In this document: piece after piece, positions 1 to 12,589 of the stretch
Numbering within the stretch: the stretch's first letter is position 1
How the letters are laid out: each line of letters begins with the position of its first letter
NCBI GenBank assembly: GCA_016748015.1
Contig: JAAOMT010000177.1
Coordinates: forward strand, 1-27,954
Reading direction: 5' to 3'
Length of the DNA: 27,954 nt
From: Geosiphon pyriformis uo1
Lineage: Eukaryota > Fungi > Glomeromycota
Notes under the pieces: model-generated
What the model was told of the DNA's origin: nothing
What the model saw: the letters and a program-made list of their open reading frames with translations, nothing else
The model's database searches: none
Made by a program: the position numbers and the translations under genes

Positions 1-536
1 TAAAAAATATTGGCTTTAAATTAAAAATACTATTAAAAAAAATCGCAAAGAAAAAAATAGCTTTATTACTAATTTTTATTAAAATTCTTGGATTTTTTAT
101 AGTAATAGTAATTATAATAAGATTGGTTTTAGTTAGTTGTTTGAAAAAAACTTTTAATAATATAACAATATTTATATTTTAATATTAATTATATTACCAA
201 ATTTTTTTATTTATTGTTTAATAAAAATACAAGAATTTTTTATCACATATTATTAAAATTAATAAAAATTTGTAAAAAATAATTCACTTATTTATCATAT
301 AATTAGTGTAATAATAAAATTCTTTTAATTAAAAATTAAAATACATTAGTGTTTTATAGGAACAATTACCAAATAAAAGTGATTTTTAATGTATTTTAAA
401 TACGAAGGACATTTTAAAAAACATGAATTTTTGTAAATAAATTAATGTTACACCAAAAAAGAATTAGAATTAGTGATGAAATTGAACTGTATAGGCTTTA
501 AGAGTTTCAAATTCCCATAACAACACTGGAAAATTC

Positions 537-1444
537 ATGGAGGCGATTCCAAGTGAGGGGCAGCAAAAGCAGCTGTCAAGTAAAATCACAAGCCTGAAGG
601 TAATGCCAAGTTTAACAGATCTTTTAAACTGGTTCTCTTTATACAAACCCTTCATCTCAATTTTTGATAGTTCATGCAAAGAAGCCAGATCAAAGAAGAG
701 CGTGAAAAGGCAGCGAATGCCCAAAAACAGGAACTGGACGAGGCACACTGGGTTCTTGAAACAGATTATACAAAGGAACTCAAGCCGTATGAAAATATTC
801 TATGCTATCGGACGGCAATTATTGATAACATTAAATTTGACATTTACTGTTTTCAATTGCTACATAGGAAATTCCAAATTGATTATGAACCTTCATACCT
901 ACCATTTCTCCGAACTAAACCCAACTTTCGTCGTTCATTTACTCCAAACGGAGCGCCTCCATTCATTGATTCGGCTTTGCTACGAGCTTTTAATCCAGTT
1001 TTTATTAAAGAAAGGACCAATAAGATTCACGAATTTTCACAAAAAAATCTTGATAATTCACAAATGGAGAACGCAATTCGTGCTCCAGAGCTCTCAAATG
1101 AAGAACGTACAGCACGCCTCCAACAAGAATTTTGTGAAAGACTGCGTGCGCTGGATGTGGAAGAACATCTAAGGGATGACACAGCTAAAGTGGGGTTCAT
1201 AAGTTACGCTGACACCCAAAGTGATGGAAATGAATGGGTGACATTTCCAACCCGCAAAATTAGCTCTTCAATAATAGATCAGAGTGTTCCCCGAGATCCA
1301 GAAGAAGCTTCAAAAAAATTGAAGCGAGATCGTGAAGTTGGGGTTACGGTCCAGAGTTCCATTAATAAGCAAGATAACCCAAAAAAATCGAAAACCAATG
1401 TTGGCAAGGTTAGAAAGTCGAAAAAAAGTGGTAAGTTCTTATGA
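537..1444 (+). CDS. MPP6: M-phase phosphoprotein 6-like nuclear exosome cofactor, ~251 aa; exons 537-599, 671-786, 868-1444
   Basis: Splicing GT-AG intron 600-670 joins LSSKITSLK|FMQRS, matching the MPP6 N-terminal LS...MKFMQR motif, followed by EAHWVL, an RRSF...FNP segment and a Lys-rich C-terminus ending GKFL. Second probable intron 787-867 (GTATGA...TAG, 81 nt, in frame). GTAAGT at 1431 could mean an alternative 3' end. Confidence 0.75.
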
Positions 1445-1952
1445 CTCTCTGAATGATCCAAAACGGATCTACCAAGGAAAACTTCTAGGTCACAGATGAT
1501 GCATTTGGTTAATAGTCATGGAACCTGGACAGAGATTAGTAAACAAGTAAACTTTCGAGGGATTAGATGATTTTAACTATACTAACTTGAACGATTGATA
1601 AATTTAGTGACTTTATATGAAATGGAATTTAAAACCAAATCAACAGTCCGAAAGCGACGCCGCTTAAATCAAACATAATATAACAGATATGCATAAACAC
1701 AACGGTATATCCGATAATAGGCTGATTTCTTTGTGTATTTTTATTTTAGCTCCCACGAACAAGGATAAATAACATGTACACAAAAAACTTAACAAAACGG
1801 AAACTTTGTTCGTTGCCCTTTGATAATCGGCCAATTGTTCCAAAATTTTCATTAGAATGATTCTGACGGATGGTATTCCTTATGTTAGCTGATTTTTAAA
1901 ACTTGAACGATTTCAAGCAGGTTTTGTTATTGTTGAGATTATAGTCTGTTGG

Positions 1953-4900
1953 TCACATGGCAGCCAATATTTTATCAACATCAAATTTGAAATTCAAAAA
2001 GACATTTTCCATTTGATGAGACGGAACTTGGGGGTTATAGGTCTCCTCATTGATAACTCTTGGGGCTGACGAAAGAAACCCTGGTATATGCCTTGGATCA
2101 GGAGGTAATCCGGTTAATTCAATCGTACCTGCGAGCATAGGGCCATCGCAACCTCCTCTTTCAGCATTTGTGGTTTCCATTCTGAAATCGCTTTCATTTG
2201 GGAAGTTGGTATTAGTTGTAAGATAAGATAAAGGATCCATGAAACCACTATTTTTTCCTATTCCAGTAGATGAAACATTCGGATCCGAGACAATATCAGC
2301 AACGCGATTTAAATTTATGGCATCAATGCCAGAACCATCAAGGTCGGCATTCAACTCGTTTGCAATTGTAGTTGTAGAAGATCCACCACTATCAATACTC
2401 GCGGTGGCACTGGTATCATTATCATTGGTATCGTTATCACCACTGGCAAATTTTAAAAATCTCATCAAAACTCTTTCTTGTTCTTGAATTTCTGCACCGA
2501 TTGGGCCTGTTGCAAATTTGGCTTGTGGTGGAGGCGAAGCTGTAATAAGACGTAGCAAATTTTCTTGGCTTGCTCGAAGCACATTCGGACTACTTGGAGT
2601 ATAGGATTGTTGACTAGAAGTCAGGGTCTGATTGATAGTTTCCATTCCATTTGAAAAATAGGACGATGAAATAGGTGGAAAATGATTGTTGACTGCGCCA
2701 TTAATAAAACCGCGATGATTCAAGCTAGGAGTGCTCCTAAAATTTTCGGATTGATGGTCAGATGACAATAATCCTAATAAGGATATTTTGCGAGAAATAT
2801 CATCAATTTCACGACTTGTGTGATCTAGACCATGGATATTATTGTAGTCATGATGGCGATTGGGTGGTCGTCCTTGACCCACAAAACCAAAATGCTGAGA
2901 GGCCATCGATGTTATATATCCTTGGGTCGAGTACAAGCTAAACATCGAATCATGCCGGTTCCCTAAGAACATACGAGATTCCCCATCTGTAGTATGGTGG
3001 TGATAAGGTGGTATAGGGTTCGGCTGAGACATTGGTTGTGAAAACATACTGAACAAACTATTATTATTTTTATTTTGAGACATGGGAAGAGAAGGATGCT
3101 GCAAGAAATGAAGCATTCTCTCTTGGTTTTCGGAGCTATTATCAGATCCTAATACATTACGTTTTGCTGGAATAACCGAGTTCCCCATTACAGATCGTTC
3201 CATTTTGCGAGGTATTGGAGTTTTTTCCAGAGGGGCGGTCTCAACTTCAGGTTGAAGCAAACCAAGTAAAGAATTACGACGTCTTTCGTCATTATCGATA
3301 GAAACAGAAGACGAGGATACTGTATTTCCTGAAGGTCTTCGGCTCCCTGAGGGTGTCGATTCAGTAAATAACTTGAATATTGAATTGCGTCTAAGCTGTT
3401 GTTCTGGATCCAAAGCGGCAATGTTGACGTTATTATTGGCTGATCGAGGAATTGGAGCAGTGATGTCGCGATCAATCGAAGGAGCCTGCATAGCCATTGG
3501 AGAAAATAAGGGTAACACTTGAGAAGGAGGAACAGGTGGAGGCCCATCGACAAGGTAAGGGACAGTCTGGTCTTCAACACCCAAAATTGATTTCAAAAGA
3601 TTTTTGGCTGCTGTTTCGTTGGAATCTGTTAATCCCCGTTGAGGTTCATCATTGGGAATAGGAGATTGTCCTTTTGCACTCCCTTCGCTTTCAGTACCTG
3701 GAACCGAGGCTTCAGATGAAGTTTTCTCGCCCTCGAATACAATTGAAACGAGGGTTTCGGAAGCTTGGCCATTGATTGCCATCGCTCCGGGGCTTTCTTC
3801 TTGATTATTTATTTCTAATGGCCTTTTTCTAGCAAGTTTTTTTTGAAGTTTAACCCAATTACGTAATTTACTATTTATAAAAAATCAATAAATCAGTATC
3901 ATAATAAAATTAAGGGAAAAATTTATGTATTTTATTGTTTAAACAGTAAAGTCCCAACTTATTAACTCATTAAATTAACATACCTAACAAATGGAACCAC
4001 CATATAAAATCTACTACTTCCGTATTTTACACATCCCCCTCCACAGTGATATGGTGAATCTTTATCTTTACTTCGAATCCAAGTTGGTAATTCCGAAAGT
4101 TTATGCCACTCAATTTTCTAACGTGAGGTTAAGTATAATGGTTCGTACTAAATTTAATATACACTAGCGTATTAAGACAATTTTATTAAGGATTCACCTA
4201 CACTAATTTCTTTTCGAGTACGGGGACAAAACTCGGTATCTTCTGAAACACCGACAACAATGTACAAACGTATTCGTTGTTCACGAATTGTTATTTCCAC
4301 ATAATCGTTTTCTTTTATTAATGGAGATATATCGTAGCCAGTTTCTTCCAAAACCTTTTTAATTGATGATTGGTTTTGATGAGAGAAATAGTGATCAAAC
4401 AAGCAAAATTATGAATCAGAAGCCTAACCTCTCGTGCAGCACAGATGGAATCTGGCTCATCTTTATTAATTTTTCCTTTGGGAAATCCCCAACCTGATCT
4501 TGAAGACCATCCTTTTACTAATACACACTATGTAGCAATCCAGACAACAAAATAAGGATTAATAATTTAAGCTGAAGAATCCAAAAGAAAACAATAAATT
4601 GAAGCAGCCCAAAGGTTCTTACCAATTCCATTGTTCCATTTAACATTATAGCCCCACAAACTGGGATTCTAATTTTATATTGCATAAAATCTGAAAATGC
4701 CTTTTCATGTTCATGTGACCATTGGTGAAGTAATGGGCAATGCTGAAAGAGTTTGAAAGCGAGTCAAGGAGTGAATTTTCGATATTCATTTTGATTAAAT
4801 CTCGATTATCCTTTGGTGATCTTAGTCTATTCTAATATGTACTAATTAAAATATAATGTCTTTGAAACGCTCTTTGCCATAATTGATAATAAGAAAGGAT

Positions 4901-5176
4901 ATATTTTGCCGAAAAATTTTTTAGTGTAAAACTCGGTAGATTTGGATTTTGCTCTCGTACAAAATCTTCATAAAACCAGTGCGCCTGCTCTATCTGAAAA
5001 CATATTCGTTCCACTGATGCTAGCTCTTCTTCTGGTACATTTATAATGAAGCGGCTATAAGAGTGACCAAAAAGTTTAAACCTTTAAATAGTGTTCTACA
5101 AAAACCCAAATTAAGAATAAAGTTACCTAGACAAGTCGTCCAAAATTTCGGGAAAAGTTGCTGTAGGGAAAGCCAT
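1953..5176 (-). CDS. DCP2: mRNA-decapping enzyme catalytic subunit, ~877 aa; exons 5176-5127, 5054-4903, 4750-4623, 4527-4429, 4354-4202, 4117-3984, 3870-1953
   Basis: Box A ([38 protein letters not shown]), YKIRIPVCGAI, Nudix box GWGFPKGKINKDEPDSICAARE|VLEETG, RTRKEISKIEW, FYMVVPF, then a long low-complexity tail (ORF 1953-3782). Exon lengths sum to 2634 nt, one open frame. Confidence 0.95.
4751..4902 (-). other. U12-type (minor spliceosome) AT-AC intron, DCP2 intron 2, 152 nt
   Basis: 5' end ATATCCTTTC at 4902; branch site TCCTTGAC at 4770-4763; 3' end AAAC at 4751. Removal restores NFSAKF-FQHCPLL in frame. Confidence 0.92.
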
Positions 5177-5707
5177 TTTTATGACGGGGTGAACGGGTGC
5201 AAAGCAAGATGAAGGGATAACGGAAGATTGAAGCGGAGAAAAAAATGGAAGTAAAAAATTAAATGATAAAACAAATTTTAAAAGTTCAAAAAGCTATCAC
5301 TCGGTAGGTAAGGCTAGAAAGTTTAAAGTTATTGAGTTTAAGTGAGCAAAAAATATATATATGAAAAATTAGAGGGAGTGTTACAAAGTCAAGAAAAATA
5401 AAAGAAGGAAGGGAAAGGAAAGGAAGTGCGTTTTGGCTGTTCATCAAACAATCCAAACTGGGCGACGCATGATATCACTATGGCGAATTGCCTTCTGCAT
5501 ATCAGGATTATATTAGGCTCGGACTGAATGATAAATCAAACTTTGCAGGTCATGGGTTCCACTTATAAAATGCATTTATGGCCAAAATTGAATTCGGAAA
5601 TTTCTCTGTTGCGTGTAATTTGTGATATTTTCTTCTCAAAGAATATTATAGTACAACAAAAAATAAAGGTTAAGAGCCGCCATTCTTTTTGAAGATCAAT
5701 TTTCACT

Positions 5708-6628
5708 ATGCTTATCACATCATCTTCGGCCGTCCTCTCTGTTTTAAAAAACACCCAAGTGATCCCGGATGGTATTTAAAACTTGGGTCAAATACTGATA
5801 TCTTTTTAGGTTTACTAATCAATTTAAAAATACTTGATAATAAGTAATCGACGAATTCCAAGAGTTAACTACATTGGCTGTTGCTTATGGTGGGGTATCT
5901 CCTCTTCGTTCTCGAGAGAATGAACAAGAAGAAGGGTCTTTGGACGTTACCATTGGAAACGAAATATCGATGGAAGGTAAGGCTATTCACGTGAGATGGA
6001 AATCAATCCCATCATGATCCATCAGCAAAATGGTTTTTTAATTACATTTTTATGGAATCTTGCTAATATGTCAAAAGCCGCTGCTGAAGCACCAAGAATT
6101 TGGTTCATGCCTGAAGAAAATAAGGCTGATTCGCAATACGCATTGTTGATGGTATGTGCTGGGTTCTTTTGGAAATCGCTTAGTCGGTTTTACCAAGTTA
6201 GTAACTTTTACTCTATTTACATTGGGAAGGTTGATCCGGATGCTCCTAGTCGTTCGAATCCAATCAACGGAGAGTGGCGGCATTGGGTCATTGGAAATAT
6301 TCCGGGTCAGTGCACATTCAATAATTTATGGTTCATATTGAGAATTTTTATAGACCCATTGTTCATCACTTTTACAAACATGATAATAGCAAATGGAAAC
6401 TTGTTTGAAGGTCAAGTTTTAACCTCCTATAATGGCCCAACTCCTCCACCTGGCACAGGTCAACACCGCTACGTGTTTTTACTGTTCAGACAGCCAAACA
6501 AGGATATCGATTATGAGCCTTTTCCTGAGGATCGAAGGGGGCTTAAGTCACGTGAATTTTCCGAAAAGTATGGGTTGACGTTGATCGGTGCTAATATGTT
6601 TTTCTGTGAAAGGAAATCAAATCAATAG
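5708..6628 (+). CDS. Phosphatidylethanolamine-binding protein (PEBP/RKIP/TFS1 family), ~194 aa; exons 5708-5771, 5845-5976, 6078-6151, 6230-6305, 6390-6628
   Basis: VIPDVIDEF, VTIGNEI, YALLM|VDPDAPSR, EWRHWVIGNI, YNGPTPPPGTGQHRYVFLLFRQ are PEBP hallmarks; four GT-AG introns give a 585-nt frame. Start codon inferred. Confidence 0.92.
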
Positions 6629-8198
6629 TATTTCAAGTTGTATATCTAGCTTAATACTTTGAAACATCTAATGATGATCATATTGAGCCTCGATAAAAGT
6701 TTCGCTTTAAGAGTGAGTAAAAAGATTTTTGGACAGGGCTAGCTTTTACATTGGAGCATTAACTGGTAGGAGTTTTCTGATATAGCTGAAAAGACTCATT
6801 TTCAATTGTGAAATCCAACTTTTGGAAATATAATATAAACCTAATGATCTAAAAATGAAACTAATTATATATATTTTTCGATCTAATTTATATTCCATTG
6901 GTAAAACAGAAACTTTTAGATTTTGAAAGCGATTAGGCAACATTATTGATATTGATTCGTCTCAAAACATCAAAAATTGACATTTTCAAAAGATAGGCTT
7001 ATATTAACATGTGATTTATTAGATATATTCTTAATTAGTATTTCCTTTTCAAATGTGGTAAAATAGAACTTTATTCTCTCAGTTCATTAAATTTTTTTTG
7101 TACTATATCAGTTTTTAAAGCTTTTAAGATTCTTTCTTTTATAATTGTTTACTAAAAATATATTGCATTTATTTGATATTTATAAGTTAAAGTTTTGGAT
7201 TTTAAGTATTTTTTCAAGATTAATTTAACCAATAAATTTAATAATTAAAATTTATTTGATTATTTTAAAAGAGCATAATTAATAATTCTTAAATGAACAT
7301 AACTTATTTGTATGTATTATATTTTATTTGAGCTTAATTAAAAATCTAAAAAAAAGACTTTTAATTAATATTAATATTAATTTCAAAAATAAGTTCAAAG
7401 TATTTATAATTACATAATTAAAAAATAATATATATTCATAATTTAATATAAAAATTTAGATTTTTATATTAATTTTTTTATTGTGGGCGAAAATAAATGT
7501 AAAACATTATAAAAAAATCAAATTTACGATTTTAAAAATCTAAGATATTAAAAATGAATTTTATTTATAATACAAATAAATTATTATTATTATTATTATT
7601 TTTAAAAAGTTGTGATTTTTAAGAATTTTTGTTATTGGTCTAATTAATTACAATTTTATTTAAAATATATTTTAATGTTATAAATTTGAAAGAAATTTTT
7701 TACAATAAAAAAAATTAATTTCAAATTTCAAAAAATAAATTGTTAAAAAACTTGTTTAAATAAAATAAATATTATAAGCTAAAATTTTTAAACTTTTTTT
7801 TAATATCAAAAACAATAGATTACAGATAAAGACACGAATTTTGTTTGTATATGTTTTAATATTAATATATGGCAGGAATATTATTTATTAAAAGTAATAG
7901 AAAAAAGACAATCTAAAAAAAATACGAAAATTTTTTTGTTACTTAATATGAGATCTGAATAATATTCACAAAACTATATTTTCATAAAATTAAATTATTC
8001 CAATAAAAAATTGTAAATACCAATACAAAATATTTATAACTCGATAATAATGTACCAATTTTTTATCTTGACAGAATGTTGTTTTTATTAAATAATAAAT
8101 ATTTTGAGTAAATAAAATATTTTTGGAATATTAAAAAATTGTGGATTAAGTCTTGTGTTAATAAATTTTAAAAAAATTAAAAATGAAAATTGAAACAA

Positions 8199-8200
<2 letters not shown>

Positions 8201-8236
<36 letters not shown>
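8201..8236. repeat. (AAT)12 microsatellite
   Basis: Twelve perfect AAT units read directly. Confidence 0.95.
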
Positions 8237-8240
<4 letters not shown>

Positions 8241-9389
8241 TTCAAAGTCTTAATATGTGAATTTACAATTTAATAATATTTGATGTTAAATACGTTTTTT
8301 TGTCAAGAATATGCATAAAATTAAAAAACATTTACGTATATTATATTATGATTTATTTTTTATTAAATTAAATTAACAAATGCTTATTTTTATGTAAATA
8401 TTAAAATAATATTTCAAGCTAATAAAAAAACATGATTTTATTGATTTTTGTTTGAAATTTAATTTAACATTTTTCTTTTTTAAGTAATAGATATATTTTT
8501 TTTAGTTTAATTATTTTTCGTATTAGTAATATCACTTTTTTAAAACTTTCTTGACTTAGCAACTGTAGATTAAAGCATTTGCAACCATATTTTTTATAAA
8601 GTGTTATTTAAGAAGGTTGATAATTTATTGATTATATATTTCAAGTATTTTTTCCCATGTGTTTTGAATTGCATTAATTTTTCTATCTTGATGTAACTAG
8701 ATATTAGATATCCAAAAATTCAATAAATTTGAGCATTTTAGGATGCAGAAAACAGATTTTTATTTATCTTTTCTTTCATGAAATTAAAATTTTCAAAGTT
8801 AGTTAAATTTTCTTTAAATAAGAAGATATTTTAAGGTACTGTGATATCATTTCATTTTGATTTTTATAAAAAGAGATTCTTATCAAGATAGGAAAATCAA
8901 AACAGAATTTCGTAATGTAAACAAATTTAATGAGACTTAAACTTATAAGAAGAGGAATAATTAAATTCCGGTATTTTAAGGATAAATAGGCAGCAGCAGT
9001 CTTAAAATAAATCATAAAATTTTATCCTTCATAAAATTTCAGATAAAGTATTTTTGAATGAATTTCAGCAGCATGATATTTTTCATGCTTTACAAAAAGA
9101 CTAAATTAGTTTTTTATTGTTGTTGTTCTTATGTACTATAGCTACTTAAAATTTATTCATATTCAGTAAGGCTGTTAGCTAATGATAAGATTAAATGGTT
9201 CAATTTATTGTGTTCACAAAGAGAAACAGCATAAATATGAACTCCAGCTTTAAGGAGTTACTTTCTAAACTTACTATTAATAAAAGCTTTTAAGAAAAAA
9301 TTTCTATTTATCAAAAATTTTCATAATAGCTATTCAATTTTATTCAAACTATAGAAACCTTGAAATTAAAAGAAATTTTTGAGAGGCTC

Positions 9390-9715
9390 ATGATTGTAAC
9401 GAGTTTTGAATACAGCATTCAAAAAAACTTGAGAATTACTGCAATTTATGCCAATTCTTGAAATTTGAAAAGCTTTAAAAGAACTTTTCAAACGGCAATA
9501 AATTAGTTCATGAAATAATTAAGAATCCAATCTATCTTCCATCTAATTGTGAATATGATAATATTTTTATTTTTATTATGAATTGATTTCATAAGAAATC
9601 TTAACAAAATTGGCGAGGGAGGGTTTGGTACAATCTATAAAGCAATAATATAAAAGAGAAGAGTGGGAAGTAGTAATAAAATTTATGAAGAAATTTTTAA
9701 AGAAATAATCAAATT
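9390..9715 (+). pseudogene. Decayed protein kinase fragment (Glomeromycota tyrosine-kinase-like type)
   Basis: KIGEGGFGTIYKA (subdomain I) at 9606-9644, EVVIK (subdomain II-like) in a shifted frame, upstream YCNLC...KNFSNGNKLVHEII resembling the CxxC/NWTSGN N-terminal segment of these kinases; in-frame stops and frameshifts; no later subdomains seen. Boundaries approximate. Confidence 0.7.
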
Positions 9716-11499
9716 ATTCTTATTTAAATATTGTTAATTTAATTAATTATCGTTTTTCACTTTTAATAGTCAAATATTTGGAGAACTATATTATTAATAA
9801 TAGTAATAACATAGACTCTATCTCTGAATTAAATAAAGCACTCGGTATGGGATTTTTAGCAATTTTTTAACTTAAAATTGCTGAAAGATATCATTATTAA
9901 ATAATAATAAAGAAAAAAAGAAGCATAAATTATCTGATAACAAAGAACCAAATTATAGCCAAAAAAAATTATTCTTTAATAAAGTAATTAAACCCAGTAA
10001 TTGAGAATGAAAATTGTTAAATATAAAACTTATTAAAAATGTTCCCTTACAAAAATATTAGTAGTTTTAAAAATAAAAACCTAACAGCTTTTACAACAAA
10101 TATTATTAGATATACTGTTATCTATTTTAATTATTTTACACGTGGTAAAGTAGATTTATTAATTTTTTTGATTTTAATAGGCTTAAATTGTTCTCTATTA
10201 TAAAATTGTTATTTAAATTTTTAAATGGCATATATACTTAGTTTATAGAAAAATAGTTTAATTTAAAACAAAAGTAAAAAGTCAAATTAACATGCTATTA
10301 ATAACATTTGACATCAGTGTTTTTAAAAGTATTAAAAAGATTAAAAGTGTATGTAAATTAGTTAATTAATTAATAATTTTAATGTTTTATTTGTATATTA
10401 ATAATTTTTGTACAACTTTATTTAAATTATTAGTATTAGAATATAAAAAAGTATTTTTTAAAACAAATAAAGAATTATTTGACTATAAAATCTATCTTTA
10501 AATTATGAAAATATATTTTACAATACATATAAGCACTTTTTTATTTGTGGTATAATAATTGTACTTGTGAATATTAAGCTTTTATTACTAGTATTAATAT
10601 ACTACTTTAAAATATTAATATTGTAAAGAGAAAATGGTTTCAAAAGTCAGTATTATACATTGAAAAATAGATTTGAAAATTAAAATTTAAGAGCAATGTA
10701 TAGAATTTAATTATATTAAATATGTTTAAGTACTAATATTTATTAAACTTTTACATATTAATAAATATATATTTCAATACATATTTATTTCTAATAAAAT
10801 CGTTAAAAATTTGTATTTTAATTTGCAAATAAAATATGTTCGTACTATTTTATATTATTAAATTAAACTTTTTATTACAATTATCTAATATTAAAACTTT
10901 GTGTTAAACATTAGAAATATTATATTTCTTCAAGGTTTAAAAAAATAATTGGTTTTTTTTGGAAAATTTTTTTATTTACTTTATTAATTATAAAAATATA
11001 TAATGCAAAAAACTATTGTATTATTACAATTCAGCATATAAAAAACTCATAATTTTTTTCTAGTATGGTATCAAAAAAAAGCAAAACATAAAAATATTAA
11101 ATTTATTAGATTAGTATAGTTTATACTACAGAAACATAATTAAATATAAGATTTTTATTGATACTATCAATATTTTATATGTTTATTACTTTTAAATAAT
11201 AGTTTTTATCAATTGTTAATTTGTTATTTCTTTGTTTATAAAACTGAATTTAAATTTATTGTTAAATATTATTATATTGCAATAAATTTATGGTAAAATA
11301 AATTTTGGTTGAGAAAATTTGTAAACCATTAGCCAAATTGTTGCTAAAATATTTTAGATTAAAAAAGTTTAATAAAGCATAAATCTATATTTTGAAATTA
11401 ACCTACATATTGATTTATATAAATACTAATCTTTTGAACTTGATAAAATTACTATTTTTAGAAAATTATATTTAAGTAGCTTAATATATTTAATTTTGC

Positions 11500-12120
11500 T
11501 GTTTATTTTTTTTTCAAAAAATAGTTATTAATATAATCATTAACTTGAATAATAATTTAATTATTAACTTAGTTATTCATTTGATCAATCATTTAATTAT
11601 TAATCTAATCAATTGTTTTTTTGAAAATATATAAGCAAAGCTTTTTCAAAGCTGTAAAAAAGTAACTTGTTCTTTTTTATATTTTGTCTTTATTAATTAA
11701 AACATCTAAGAATAAAAAATTATAATTAAGGTTTTTTTGATTTGTATTTGTGTTAGCTTTTAAGATGTATTATTGAATAAACATTTACTGAAAAATATAA
11801 ATAATATCTGTTATTGAATTTTAAAAGTGCAAATTAAAGCATAGAATTGTATTAACTGTGTTTATTAATAGTATAAGCTATTTCCTTATCTTCAAATTTT
11901 TTTAAAAAAATAACAACCAAAATATTTATGAAATTAATCTTGTATATTAAATTTATACAAATTTAATTTACTTTATATTAAATATATTTTTTTAATTAAG
12001 TTTTCAATATTTGCTCTTCTTTGCTATTTGTTAATATGTTATTTCGATATGTAACAATATTATAATTTGTTCTTAATAACAACTTTTTTGGTTTGATTAA
12101 TACCCAATTTTTTTTTTTGT
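11500..12120. repeat. Degenerate dispersed repeat, copy 1, containing a 6 x 12-bp array (11539-11610)
   Basis: Units such as ATTAACTTAGTT with 12-bp period; collinear patches match 21290-21960 in reverse orientation (agaacaaatt, aaatagcaaa, agcaaa.cttttt). Boundaries approximate. Confidence 0.55.
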
Positions 12121-12589
12121 AATACTTTTTATTTTTATAAATTTATTAATTTAAATAAAAAATAAGAAAATAAATATTATTAAATTGTTAGTTAATATTG
12201 TAAAAATTTTATTCAAAAATAATTTTATAATTATTTTGAATTTTATTTCAAATAAAAAATATATTAAATAAAGATTTTTGAAAAATTTAATATTAAAATT
12301 GATTTATAATACCTTATATAACTTTGATTAAAAATATAATATTTTATAAATAATTTAAAGTTTTGAGAAAATCAAAATGACAAACTCAAAAATATCTTAA
12401 AATATATACAGTAGATGTGAATAAAGAATCAATATAATTAATAATTTTTTAGTTTAATTATAATTATGTTAATTATTATTTGAATTCTTTTGGAATATTA
12501 ATTAGAATTACAAAATTTTGTTTACTTTGTTAATAAAAATAATATTAAAAATGATATTGAAATAGTTTATTCAATATTAAGCAAATAAT

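Noticed and set aside
537-1172. 211-aa ORF from ATG 537
   Set aside because: Only the first 21 codons are exon 1 of the MPP6-like gene; the rest is intron and off-frame sequence.
470-3580. Short ORFs 470-748, 1279-1461, 1664-1852, 2239-2487, 3188-3580
   Set aside because: Antisense, alternative-frame or intergenic ORFs with no recognisable motifs.
537-5176. MPP6 and DCP2 adjacency as an RNA-decay gene cluster
   Set aside because: Convergent orientation, different complexes, no shared regulatory signal visible; probably coincidental.
5996-6628. 210-aa ORF as an unspliced PEBP
   Set aside because: Starts within intron 2 and reads through introns 3 and 4; the spliced model fits the family better.
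6681-6695. ttgagcctcgat match to the 3' flank of peptide D
   Set aside because: Short match with no extension; likely chance.
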